From IMG/VR virus record IMGVR_UViG_3300027751_000029, positions 1-38,258 of that record: a stretch of DNA of 38,258 bases; one strand, written 5' to 3'. The position numbers and the translations under genes were made by a program. Numbering within the stretch: position 1 is the stretch's first letter; each line of letters opens with the position of its first letter. This stretch comes from a virus. Taxonomy: Duplodnaviria; Caudoviricetes. This document shows positions 16,194-24,448 of the stretch, one piece after another. The notes under the pieces were generated by a model. That model did not search any database, had not been told where the DNA came from, and saw only the letters and a list, made by a program, of their open reading frames with translations.

Positions 16194-16232
16194 TAAACCA
16201 TGAGTTGAATTTAGTAGTCAACCTCAAGTTGA
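16194..16232 (-). promoter_or_regulatory. PL promoter with two operators (OL)
   Basis: TAAAC-catga-GTTGA (16194-16208) and TCAAC-ctcaa-GTTGA (16218-16232); minus-strand TTGACT-N18-TTTAAT with extended TG. Confidence 0.75.
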
Positions 16233-16390
16233 ATAAAAAATGAAAATAATTTTTCTGTTGTTTTTCGGCGCATAAAAACCCTCAATGACTGGCTATAAAA
16301 AACTGAATTAAACGCTCGTAATAATTATGGTTGTACTTTGAGTAATCGTGATATTATTTATTGTCTAGAACATCACAAACAGGGGTAGAG

Positions 16391-16555
16391 ATGACGGAGG
16401 AGAGACGCAAAGAGGCTGTTCAGCTACTAGATGAGTTGGCAAAAAAAGAGAGGAGGCGGCAGGGGGAAGAAGAGGTAATAATCACGAAAACAACGATAGT
16501 GATTCGCAATCCTAAAGATGTGAAGCAAATAATAGGTGACGCTCTGAAAGAATAA
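16391..16555 (+). CDS. Small hypothetical protein (54 aa) in immunity region
   Basis: AGGGG RBS, ATG 16391, ends at bidirectional terminator. Confidence 0.55.
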   Translation: MTEERRKEAVQLLDELAKKERRRQGEEEVIITKTTIVIRNPKDVKQIIGDALKE

Positions 16556-16558
16556 AAT

Positions 16559-16583
16559 AAAACCCGCACTAAGCGGGTTTTTT
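16559..16583. terminator. Bidirectional rho-independent terminator
   Basis: AAAACCCGC-actaa-GCGGGTTTT between convergent genes. Confidence 0.8.
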
Positions 16584-17010
16584 ATTTGCGTTTTCTTGTT
16601 GTGCGTGGTTTTGGTTCTGGTTTGGCGCTTGCTTGGTGTCTTGCAACAAGAACAGAAACAATGGATGCTAAGCCAGCGCCACAAATGCCGACACCCGCCC
16701 AATCGTGACCCTGTAAAATTAAATAAGTACCAAGGGCGAGGCCAACAACGGCGACAAAAGCGCCAGCTATAACACCAGATAACCTTTCGAGTAGAATAAA
16801 CCAGCTTACCTTGGTTTCCTCTCTTCTCCTGTGGGCGCCTTCTTTCTCTGTTTGCTCCACAACCCACCTAACAAGTGACGGGTCAATCTCTTTCAATTGA
16901 GCTAAATTTGCAGCAGGTAGGACGGGGCTATCTGTAGATGTATGTTGAAAACTTAATTGACTTCCGTTTGAGCTATGCGCTTGCACGTGTGTGTGGTTGC
17001 TTGCCGCCAT
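16582..17010 (-). CDS. DUF2335-like membrane protein
   Basis: SPVLP....L..L..IDP.....V....EKE..HRR..E followed by two TM helices. Confidence 0.7.
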   Translation of the reverse strand: MAASNHTHVQAHSSNGSQLSFQHTSTDSPVLPAANLAQLKEIDPSLVRWVVEQTEKEGAHRRREETKVSWFILLERLSGVIAGAFVAVVGLALGTYLILQGHDWAGVGICGAGLASIVSVLVARHQASAKPEPKPRTTRKRK

Positions 17011-17179
17011 ACTTTTTAATTGCCTTCCCCATGTCGTCGCCAATTATTCTGGTATCACCAGATAGTTTTTCCATATCACCACTAAAGCCGCGTGATTTTG
17101 GGTATACATACGATCTTGGCTCAACAATAGGATCAGCAATGGAAAGCAATCCATTCTTCAAAAATTGAATAATATCCAT
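16973..17179 (-). CDS. Small protein upstream of DUF2335-like gene
   Basis: F..GL.SI...D...L.GD...IG.DM.KAI pattern typical of the partner ORF; G-rich RBS. Confidence 0.6.
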   Translation of the reverse strand: MDIIQFLKNGLLSIADPIVEPRSYVYPKSRGFSGDMEKLSGDTRIIGDDMGKAIKKYGGKQPHTRASA

Positions 17180-17240
17180 AACCCCCCCCATGCTGTATGT
17201 TCATTTCACCAGTATATACAAAATCTAATCCGGCGTTCAT

Positions 17241-17681
17241 TTATCTACTATTCGCCACAAGCTTAATGATTCGCTCTGTTTTTTCAGGTGTTATATCTTC
17301 CCCTTTGTTGTCTACCAGCTCTTCATAAAAATACCAGATCAGCAGAGATAATTTACTCCCTTTGATTGCATCCTCTCTGAGCGCTAATGTGGCTTTAGTA
17401 GTAGCTAGATCGAGCCATTCAAACCGTGTTTGTGTAGGGCGCTTATAAATATTTGTGACGTTTGATGCGGCATGGGCAGCTCCTTTGCCATTTAAAAGCT
17501 CGTCTACTGAAATACCAAGCGCCAAAGCAATCACAGGGACATTTTTGCGCGCAATTTTCCCCGTTTTAGTCCATTTTGAAACAGCGTTAATTGAAACGCC
17601 TGTTTTTTCAGCAAGCCAAGCCTGTCCTTTTTTCAAATCAGCCAGTCGATTTGCTATTAGTTTTCCTGTTAATTCACTCAT
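17241..17681 (-). CDS. CI-like XRE repressor (no S24 peptidase domain)
   Basis: QAWLAEKTGVSINAVSKW..TG HTH; divergent from cro; 146 aa. Confidence 0.85.
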   Translation of the reverse strand: MSELTGKLIANRLADLKKGQAWLAEKTGVSINAVSKWTKTGKIARKNVPVIALALGISVDELLNGKGAAHAASNVTNIYKRPTQTRFEWLDLATTKATLALREDAIKGSKLSLLIWYFYEELVDNKGEDITPEKTERIIKLVANSR

Positions 17682-17684
17682 TTT

Positions 17685-17754
17685 TAAATCATCGGTTTAA
17701 TGCCTAAAAAATTCAATCAATCAACGGTTGAATTTAAAATCAACTTGTGGTTTA
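17685..17754. promoter_or_regulatory. OR operators with PR/PRM-like divergent promoters
   Basis: TAAAT-catcg-GTTTA (17685-17699), TCAAT-caacg-GTTGA (17717-17731), TCAAC-ttgtg-GTTTA (17740-17754); PR TTGAAT-N17-TTTAAT. Confidence 0.75.
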
Positions 17755-17762
17755 ATTGGCGT

Positions 17763-18026
17763 ATGGAAAAAATACATACATCACCACTGCATGAGGCCGT
17801 CTACATTTTGGACGGGGTTAAAAACATGGCGAGGGAATGCAAAGTTTCATTGAACGCCGTCTACAAGTGGCTAAGAAAAGGCTATCCGCCACTTGGTAGA
17901 TGCGAAGCCATTGAGGCGGCTGTGGGCGGAAAGATTACAAGATACGAGCTGTTGTCACCCTCGTTTAAATCAAAGCCAATCACAAAGAACGACGCGCATT
18001 CTACAACACCAAATCAATCTGCCTAA
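17763..18026 (+). CDS. cro: Cro-like repressor (YdaS-type)
   Basis: MARECKVSLNAVYKW...PP..RC.AIE.A.GGKITRYEL.P motif; recognition helix similar to CI (VSINAVSKW). Confidence 0.85.
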   Translation: MEKIHTSPLHEAVYILDGVKNMARECKVSLNAVYKWLRKGYPPLGRCEAIEAAVGGKITRYELLSPSFKSKPITKNDAHSTTPNQSA

Positions 18027-18048
18027 TTTTTAAGCAACGGAGAACGTC

Positions 18049-18354
18049 ATGACTGTATGGGAATTTGTGATTAAAACGCTGCGGCTCATGACTAAAAAAA
18101 AGAGTGTTCCAGAGCCTATTAAGCCAAAGCGCGGTAAAAATTCTTCCGAGTTACGAGCAGATGCAAACAGAGCTGAATTATTGAAGCGTTTTAAGCGTCG
18201 AGAATTTACAAAACACGATGTTGCAGAAAGTTTAAACATCACAGAGCAGTTGGCTAATACCTACATTACTCAGCTTCGCAAATTGGGGAAAGTGGTCATT
18301 ACCGTGCCGCAAAATATAAAGATTTGCGCCAAATACAGAGTAGCTAGTAAGTAA
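18049..18354 (+). CDS. Putative winged-HTH protein
   Basis: FTKHDVAESLNITEQLANTYITQLRKLG; GGAG RBS. Confidence 0.65.
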   Translation: MTVWEFVIKTLRLMTKKKSVPEPIKPKRGKNSSELRADANRAELLKRFKRREFTKHDVAESLNITEQLANTYITQLRKLGKVVITVPQNIKICAKYRVASK

Positions 18355-18398
18355 AAAAGTAGTTTTTGTCATAAGCAATACTAACTTCAGGCGAACAA

Positions 18399-18806
18399 AT
18401 GATTATCCCTTCGCAAACTCACGTAACTTACCTTCTTTGCCGTCACATCAAAAAACGTGGCGCTATGACTCGCGAAGAAATATCTACTTTTTTTATCGGC
18501 AAAAATTTTACGCAAACTCACGCCCTCGAATTCATCCGCAAGATGGCTTACAACGGTGTAATTCAACCAGTCGGCACTGAGTACGATATTACGCCGAAGA
18601 TGCGTGAGAATCTTGATCTAGCTCATCCTGAAGACGCGAGAGAAGAAAAAGAAGTTGTTGCGCATTATTTTCATAAATTTAAACCAATTTTATCAAAGCA
18701 TTTAATAAGCATGGCTCCACGTCGGCCAGATTCTGAGCCGCTGCGCGATATTTCATTCAAAAACGGCGGAATATCTATGTCGCCATTCAGGAATAACGAC
18801 AAATGA
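18399..18806 (+). CDS. Hypothetical (possible winged-helix) protein
   Basis: Basic ORF coupled to downstream gene. Confidence 0.6.
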   Translation: MIIPSQTHVTYLLCRHIKKRGAMTREEISTFFIGKNFTQTHALEFIRKMAYNGVIQPVGTEYDITPKMRENLDLAHPEDAREEKEVVAHYFHKFKPILSKHLISMAPRRPDSEPLRDISFKNGGISMSPFRNNDK

Positions 18807-19264
18807 GCGAAATCATGCTCATGAAAACGCAATCCGGTGCGTTGGTCGCTGCTGACGCGCAGGCGGCTGAGTACATCACAAAACTAAAGCTTGGTGCAGG
18901 TGTTCGCGCAAAAGTCACGCGAGTAAATAACCCTGCATTTCATAGAAAAATGATGGCGCTATTCAATCTAGCGTTTGATGCGTGGGAGCCTGCAGAAAAA
19001 GAATATAAGGGTATCAAAGTACAGAAGGAATTTGACCGTTTTCGCAAGGATGTAACGATCCTCGCAGGATTCTATGAAACGTCTTTGGACTTCCACGGCA
19101 ACGTTCGCTTGCAAGCCAAAAGCCTGAACTTCGCAAGCATGGATCAAGACGAGCGCGAGAGCGTCTACAGCGCAGTGATTAACGTTGTCCTGTCTCGCAT
19201 TCTCACGAACTACACCCGCGACGATCTAGACCGCGTAATCGATAGAGTGTTGGGGTTCGCATGA
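18803..19264 (+). CDS. DUF1367-like (NinB-related) protein
   Basis: N..FHRK..AL, F..FRKDVTI.AGFY, AKSL.FASMD motifs. Confidence 0.8.
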   Translation: MSEIMLMKTQSGALVAADAQAAEYITKLKLGAGVRAKVTRVNNPAFHRKMMALFNLAFDAWEPAEKEYKGIKVQKEFDRFRKDVTILAGFYETSLDFHGNVRLQAKSLNFASMDQDERESVYSAVINVVLSRILTNYTRDDLDRVIDRVLGFA

Positions 19265-19572
19265 AAGGCCGCACCCCGAACGCTGTAGAACATAAGTTTA
19301 TGGACGCCATAGGCTCACTAGGCTGCCTAGCTTGCAGAAAAGACGGGCGCGTAAATCCTTGGATAAGCCTGCACCACATAGATGGTCGTACTAAGCCTGA
19401 CGCGCATTACAAAGTGATAGGGCTTTGTGCGGGACATCATCAAGACGGCACAGGACAAGATAAGAGTTTGATAGCAGTACACCCGTACAAGGCTCGTTTC
19501 GAGGCTAAGTACGGGACGCAATACGAGTTGTTGGAAGAAGCAAAAAAAATGCTCGGCATCAGCAGCAACTGA
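19261..19572 (+). CDS. Ref-like HNH recombination nuclease
   Basis: GCLAC...LHHIDGR...LC..HHQ...H..KARFE..YGTQ.ELL. Confidence 0.8.
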   Translation: MKGRTPNAVEHKFMDAIGSLGCLACRKDGRVNPWISLHHIDGRTKPDAHYKVIGLCAGHHQDGTGQDKSLIAVHPYKARFEAKYGTQYELLEEAKKMLGISSN

Positions 19573-19647
19573 TCCAAGCACAGTCATTAACTTATGAAGG
19601 AAGCTAACGATGAGCAGAACTATATCACAAGTTGGGCGGGGTGCGTA

Positions 19648-20616
19648 ATGCGCGATTACAGCAAAATAAGTCCAAAATTCTGGATTGGACCTACTGGTAA
19701 AGCTATAAAAAAGAAAGGTATTGAGTCTGTGGTTGTCGCGGTTTATCTAATGACATCACCGCACGCAAACATGCTTGGATTTTATTACCTGCCAGATATG
19801 TACATTGCGCACGAGACCGGCATGGGCTTCGAAGGGGCTTCGAAGGGGCTTCGAGGGTGCATCGAAGCTGGTTTTTGCGGCTACGACGCAGAAGCTGAGG
19901 TTGTCTGGGTCTATGAAATGGCTGCTTATCAAATTGCAGAGCAATTAAAGCCTGATGATAAGCGATGCATAGGCATACAAAATGAGTACAACGATCTGCC
20001 TGAGAACAAGCATTTAAGCGGGTTTTACGAGAAATATAGGTCTGCATTTCACATGAATTTAAAGCGTGATTGCAAGGAAGTTTTGCAATTAAATTTAAGC
20101 CCCTATGAAGCCCCTTCGAAGCCCCTTCGAAGCCAAGAACAAGAACAAGAACAAGAACAGGAGCAGAGAACAGGAGCAAGAACAGAACTGCTTGCGCCAG
20201 CTAACGCCGACGCGGGCAAAAAAAATTCTGAGCCGAAAGATGTTCCTAATCCTTTGAACCTAGAGACATGGCAGTCCTACAAGCACGCCTACGCTAACCG
20301 CTACGGTGTTGATCCGATACGTGACGCGGCTACAAACGCAAAGATCAAAGCAATTGTGAAAGCGCTAGGCGGTGAGGCTCCTGCAGTTGCTGAATTTTTC
20401 GTTTCCCACAACGGGGGGCGATACGTCGCTGGTATGCACCAGATCGGGCTACTTTCGATGGACTACGCAAAACTTCGGACGGAATGGGCTACAAACTCAC
20501 GCATGACGCAAACCAAAGCGCTTCAATCCGACAAGACGCAAACAAACTACGACGCATGGGCGCCATTGATTGCAGCAGCAGAAGAACGCGAAAGGATGGA
20601 AGCAAATGGCAACTAA
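19648..20616 (+). CDS. Replication initiator protein
   Basis: MRDYSKISPKFW...YLMTSPHANMLG.YYLP motif; internal iteron repeats and QEQEQE linker. Confidence 0.8.
   Translation: MRDYSKISPKFWIGPTGKAIKKKGIESVVVAVYLMTSPHANMLGFYYLPDMYIAHETGMGFEGASKGLRGCIEAGFCGYDAEAEVVWVYEMAAYQIAEQLKPDDKRCIGIQNEYNDLPENKHLSGFYEKYRSAFHMNLKRDCKEVLQLNLSPYEAPSKPLRSQEQEQEQEQEQRTGARTELLAPANADAGKKNSEPKDVPNPLNLETWQSYKHAYANRYGVDPIRDAATNAKIKAIVKALGGEAPAVAEFFVSHNGGRYVAGMHQIGLLSMDYAKLRTEWATNSRMTQTKALQSDKTQTNYDAWAPLIAAAEERERMEANGN
19824..20190. repeat. Putative replication origin: 11-bp iterons in two inverted clusters plus purine-rich tract
   Basis: (GGGGCTTCGAA)n at 19824-19857, (TTCGAAGCCCC)n at 20097-20134, (CAAGAA)n from 20134. 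Confidence 0.65.
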
Positions 20617-21253
20617 AGCACTTTTGCAAGCTATCGCGGCGACTGCTGAACTTTGCGGGAAGGTCTACACCCCTGCGGCTGCGGCGATGTTCGCGCAAGA
20701 CTTAGCTGGATTTAATGAATCTGCTGTGATGGCAGCGTTGACACGTTGCCGTAAGGAGTTGGACGGCAAGCCATTCAACGTGGCGGCGGTAATTTCACGG
20801 ATTGACGATGGCCGGCCAAGCGTTGAGCAGGCTTGGGCGATGCTGCCACACGACGAGGAAACCTCCGCGGTGCTGACTGAGGAAATGGCGCAGGCGTGGG
20901 GAGTTGCAAGGCCTTTGCTAAACGATGGCGACAAAATTGGTGCGCGGATGGCATTCAAAGAGGTCTACGCGAAATTATTGGCCGATGCACGAGACCAAAA
21001 AGTGCCGCCGAAGTGGTTTCCTTCTTTGGGTCGTGATGTGGGAGGCCGTCAAACCGCTTTAATGGACGCTGTAAGGCACAACAGACTATCGCTAGGGCAT
21101 GCGGTAGGGTTGCTTCCAAATGAAGCCGCTGAGGGGCTTTTAATGTCTTTAGGTGTTAAAGAGCATCCGCTACTTGCGGCACCAAGCAAAGACGGGAAAA
21201 AACGCGTTGGTGAATTACTTTTATTGCTTAACAAAAAGGTGCCGCATGAGTGA
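20606..21253 (+). CDS. Helicase-loader-like replication protein
   Basis: DGRP...QAWA..P.DE...V.TEEM..AW...D..GARMAF.E.Y family, directly after initiator. Confidence 0.65.
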   Translation: MATKALLQAIAATAELCGKVYTPAAAAMFAQDLAGFNESAVMAALTRCRKELDGKPFNVAAVISRIDDGRPSVEQAWAMLPHDEETSAVLTEEMAQAWGVARPLLNDGDKIGARMAFKEVYAKLLADARDQKVPPKWFPSLGRDVGGRQTALMDAVRHNRLSLGHAVGLLPNEAAEGLLMSLGVKEHPLLAAPSKDGKKRVGELLLLLNKKVPHE

Positions 21254-21908
21254 CTTTAGCCAATTTTTAGCAATCAGAAAAGCCTACGCGAAAATTTTGC
21301 CAAGCTGGCTAGAGGAATACGAGAAAACGGGAGAAATGCGACAAGACCCGTATTTTATGGATTGGATATTCACGCCAATTGAACAAAACGTCTGGTCGGA
21401 TATTCGTTCCCTTGGATTGCCGTTCTACCCACAAATACCAGTGCTGAATTACTTCATTGATTTTGGTTGTCCATTCCTAAAAATTGGAATCGAGTGCGAT
21501 GGTAAAGCGTGGCATGACCATGATCTTGATAAGGCGCGTGATGCAAGGTTGGCGGCAGAAGGTTGGATGATATTTCGCATCGAAGGACATGAATGTAAGC
21601 GCGTTATTGATCCTTGGGAGCAGTGCGTAACTGATGGTGATGAAGAAGAAGATTTTAACCTTGTGAGTAGGTATTTTTTAACTACATCTGAAGGCGTTTT
21701 AAGTGCAATCAAACGCAAATATTTTGATGCAAATGGCGATAACAAATTTTCTTCAGAAATTTATTCAACATTGTTCGAGCACAGGTCAACGCCAGAAACG
21801 TACCCAGTACGTCGAACGGCTAAGGAAAAAGCGCCTGCAATAGTTGGTGATTTATTAAAAGACTACTTGGAGCTCGTTTTAATAAGAGCGCGTAAGGCTG
21901 CAGCATGA
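21246..21908 (+). CDS. DUF559 / Vsr-like endonuclease-domain protein
   Basis: TPIE...Q.PV..YFIDF......IECDG..WH....D..RD..L...GW.IFR. Confidence 0.8.
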   Translation: MSDFSQFLAIRKAYAKILPSWLEEYEKTGEMRQDPYFMDWIFTPIEQNVWSDIRSLGLPFYPQIPVLNYFIDFGCPFLKIGIECDGKAWHDHDLDKARDARLAAEGWMIFRIEGHECKRVIDPWEQCVTDGDEEEDFNLVSRYFLTTSEGVLSAIKRKYFDANGDNKFSSEIYSTLFEHRSTPETYPVRRTAKEKAPAIVGDLLKDYLELVLIRARKAAA

Positions 21909-22099
21909 CTTGCAAACCTTGCGGATCTGGATCTGGCGGAACTTACAACCTCAAATGTACGAAATGCTGCGCAAGGCTGGTGCGCAACAGTAGGCCGAGT
22001 AAGCAGAGGCAAGAAGCAATGCTTGAGGTGATTCGCAAGACAAAGGGCGCACCGGAACGTGAAGAAATTTTAAACGAATTAAAGCGAAAAAATGACTAA
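21905..22099 (+). CDS. Small Cys-rich (zinc-binding) protein
   Basis: CxxC...CxxCCARLV motif; ATGA coupling. Confidence 0.65.
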   Translation: MTCKPCGSGSGGTYNLKCTKCCARLVRNSRPSKQRQEAMLEVIRKTKGAPEREEILNELKRKND

Positions 22100-22436
22100 A
22101 CCACTAAGAAAATACCGAAACATCAAATGCGAATGGCAGGGTCAGAAGTTCGACTCCAAAGCCGAGTTGAAGCGGTTTTTAGAGCTTTTTGCACTTTTTG
22201 AGGCAGGCGAAATTATTGAATTGACGCGGCAACCTAAATTTGAATTAGTTAAAAAAATTGAGCTTGATGGCCGTACAAAACCCGCTATTCGATACGTAGC
22301 AGATTTTGAGTATTTAACAAAGTCAGGGCAAAGAATTATTGAGGATGTTAAGGGGATGATAACGCCAGTGTATCGAATGAAACGGCATTTGATGAAAGCG
22401 GTTCTTGGTTTAGAAATTAAGGAGATTAAAAAATGA
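22092..22436 (+). CDS. DUF1064 family PD-(D/E)xK nuclease / resolvase
   Basis: KY.N......FDSKAE...Q..FEL...Y.ADF.Y......EDVKG. Confidence 0.85.
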   Translation: MTKPLRKYRNIKCEWQGQKFDSKAELKRFLELFALFEAGEIIELTRQPKFELVKKIELDGRTKPAIRYVADFEYLTKSGQRIIEDVKGMITPVYRMKRHLMKAVLGLEIKEIKK

Positions 22437-22621
22437 CGCCACAAATTAGGGAGTTATTGCAAAAAATGACCGACTTTAGGCAAGAAGTCACACATATGGA
22501 CAGGGTGTTAGTTGCAAATGAAATATCAAGATTAGAAGGGCAATTAGCTGAGGCGCAAGGGTATTTGGACATGCACGCACTCGATATTTTTAAAGTGCCG
22601 GTTGGATCGCGGTTTAACTGA
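22433..22621 (+). CDS. Hypothetical protein
   Basis: AAGGAG RBS; coupled. Confidence 0.55.
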   Translation: MTPQIRELLQKMTDFRQEVTHMDRVLVANEISRLEGQLAEAQGYLDMHALDIFKVPVGSRFN

Positions 22622-22622
22622 T

Positions 22623-22817
22623 ATGAAGCCCGACGCACTGGAAGAAATGATGGAAATTCTACTGGCAGGCGGGAGGCTGACTAATGAAAAATCGAGCGCG
22701 CTAGAGTCGAGGAAATACGGCGATCCTGCAAAGTCGTTTGAATTTCCAGCGGAGCGGGAGCGTAAGAAGAAATTGCAGCAGCAGCAAAAACCATATTTCA
22801 AAATTAAGGGGCGATGA
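22623..22817 (+). CDS. Hypothetical protein
   Basis: YGDPA...E..E motif typical of the gene preceding Q-like regulators. Confidence 0.5.
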   Translation: MKPDALEEMMEILLAGGRLTNEKSSALESRKYGDPAKSFEFPAERERKKKLQQQQKPYFKIKGR

Positions 22818-23231
22818 ATGAATGATAAAGAGCTGCATCAATATTGTCAGGATTGGTCATGGTGGTGTTACACGCGAAAGTATTACATTGCACCTGGGGC
22901 GTTAAACATTCTGGCTCGTATGCAGCCAAGGAAAATAGGGAACCCTCCCGATGCTCGAATCAATCCAGATATGCAGTTTTTTAACATGGCGATTCATTTT
23001 CTCGCTGACATGCAAGAGCACAAAGAGGCGCTTGTGTGCTTCAATCTCTTTTATGTAGAGCACGCGGCAAATATAAAGCGTGAGGCCGGTAGGCTGGGTA
23101 TCAGTCGCCCGACTTACTACAACCGAGCAAAAGCATTTGCACGAAAAGCCTATTCGCTATCAGTGAGTTTAAAGAAAGTGCACGAATCAATGGCAGGTCA
23201 AGCTCAAGAGGAAATGCACGAGGAAGTGTAA
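22818..23231 (+). CDS. Q-like antiterminator / late regulator
   Basis: W..W N-terminus, C-terminal HTH IKREAGRLGISRPTYYNR; last early gene, followed by promoter-like region and terminator. Confidence 0.6.
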   Translation: MNDKELHQYCQDWSWWCYTRKYYIAPGALNILARMQPRKIGNPPDARINPDMQFFNMAIHFLADMQEHKEALVCFNLFYVEHAANIKREAGRLGISRPTYYNRAKAFARKAYSLSVSLKKVHESMAGQAQEEMHEEV

Positions 23232-23323
23232 AGGTAAAGTTAGACAAAATAGGCAGTGCAATGCCTTTACACTTTGCGTAAAATTAGCGTCATATTAGAT
23301 AGTCTGAACAACTGTCACCAAAG

Positions 23324-23351
23324 AAAGCCCCGCATAAAAACGGGGCTTTTT
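23324..23351 (+). terminator. Rho-independent terminator (tR'-like)
   Basis: AAAGCCCCG-cataaaaa-CGGGGCTTT + T run. Confidence 0.8.
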
Positions 23352-23366
23352 GCATTGGAGCGCCAC

Positions 23367-23507
23367 ATGTACATCACAAAGCAGCAGCGTGAAAAGTACG
23401 AGCGTGAAGCGCAGAAAGTACGCAAGCCTGAGCCGTCGCGCAAGCAGATAATGCGCGAACTAGGCCGCGACTTGATCGACGCACAGCGCAATAAAGATTG
23501 TAAGTAA
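23367..23507 (+). CDS. Small basic protein (46 aa)
   Basis: GGAG RBS, MYITKQQREK...PSRKQIMRELGRDLI. Confidence 0.55.
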   Translation: MYITKQQREKYEREAQKVRKPEPSRKQIMRELGRDLIDAQRNKDCK

Positions 23508-23508
23508 A

Positions 23509-23640
23509 TCTGTAAATTCCCATGGGGTTCATAATTATCTGTGAATCTGTACGGGGTTATATTTCTGTAAATCCCTACGGGGTAGGAAAATATGTGTAAA
23601 TTCCCATGGGATTGGGTAACGTACAAATCCCCATGGGGCT
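23509..23640. repeat. Five imperfect 21-bp direct repeats, period 26-29 bp
   Basis: Units at 23509, 23538, 23564, 23593, 23620; consensus TCTGTAAATYCCYAYGGGGTT. Confidence 0.85.
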
Positions 23641-23654
23641 AACACGCATGACGT

Positions 23655-23864
23655 TCAGTCGGACACTGACAGTTTATTTTGCTGTAGTTTGATCAAGAAC
23701 AGCTCAAAAAGAGCCGCATCCATTTGACGATGTTCTTTTGACGTCGTGGGCTGCTCCCAATTTTGCCAACATCGCAACGACTTGCCGATAAGCGCAGCCG
23801 CTGCGGTTTGAGATAGGGGGCCACGCGCGGCGCGGATTTGGTCTGGTGTGGGTGATGTGGCCAT
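23655..23864 (-). CDS. XRE-HTH regulator resembling anti-CRISPR-associated (Aca) proteins
   Basis: PTPDQIRAAR..LSQTAAAALIGKSLRCWQNWE...RQMDAALFELFLIK; last gene of a 3-gene operon. Confidence 0.7.
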   Translation of the reverse strand: MATSPTPDQIRAARGPLSQTAAAALIGKSLRCWQNWEQPTTSKEHRQMDAALFELFLIKLQQNKLSVSD

Positions 23865-23866
23865 GA

Positions 23867-24130
23867 TTAGCCGCGATCTGCTTGAGCTACATTTCTTTCA
23901 TAGTCAATCAGTTTGTTGATGTTTGACTCGATGATTTCTGCTGCGTCTTCAGCAGTGTCCATGTCAAACAACTGCGGCATACCAAGCGCGCGAGTTACCT
24001 GCCTGAAATTTACAAGCTTCGTTTGAATTTCGCGTGATGTAACTTTTACTGCGTCGCTTGGGATTACGCCGTTGATGAACCAGTCTTTTTGAATCGCGTC
24101 CGCTAATTGTTGCGCGTTTAATGTAATCAT
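23867..24130 (-). CDS. Hypothetical protein, candidate anti-defence factor
   Basis: Strong RBS TAAGGAG; 87 aa; upstream of Aca-like HTH. Confidence 0.7.
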   Translation of the reverse strand: MITLNAQQLADAIQKDWFINGVIPSDAVKVTSREIQTKLVNFRQVTRALGMPQLFDMDTAEDAAEIIESNINKLIDYERNVAQADRG

Positions 24131-24176
24131 GTGTATCTCCTTAGTTAAGCCGCATGTTCGGCAGTATATTTAATTA

Positions 24177-24398
24177 TTAAGCTTTTACGCTGTATTTTTC
24201 GTTAAGTTCTTCAAAAATTGACTTGCTGGATTCATCAAAAAAAGTTGTGATTGTTTCGCCTTGATCGAGCCCGTCAAGATAGTCAGCAAAGAATCGAGGC
24301 GCGCTAACTTCAATCGTTGAATCTTCGAGAGTCGCGCCAACAAAAGTAATTCCATTGATGCAATCGGCTTGATAGTACCCATGTTGAAATGTAGTCAT
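24177..24398 (-). CDS. Acidic hypothetical protein, candidate anti-defence factor
   Basis: AAGGA RBS, ATG 24398, 73 aa D/E-rich; first gene after promoter. Confidence 0.7.
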   Translation of the reverse strand: MTTFQHGYYQADCINGITFVGATLEDSTIEVSAPRFFADYLDGLDQGETITTFFDESSKSIFEELNEKYSVKA

Positions 24399-24448
24399 GA
24401 TAGTTTCCTTGTTTTCGTTGCCGCTGAATTGCTGCATCCGATAACTGA

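Noticed and set aside
17195-17214. LexA box upstream of the DUF2335-like pair
   Set aside because: CTGT...CCAG spacing is 12 nt, not 8
23509-23640. CRISPR mini-array or TIGR-type array
   Set aside because: Linkers only 5-8 nt, repeats degenerate, period irregular (26-29), no cas or Nop-domain gene recognised; kept as an unexplained repeat
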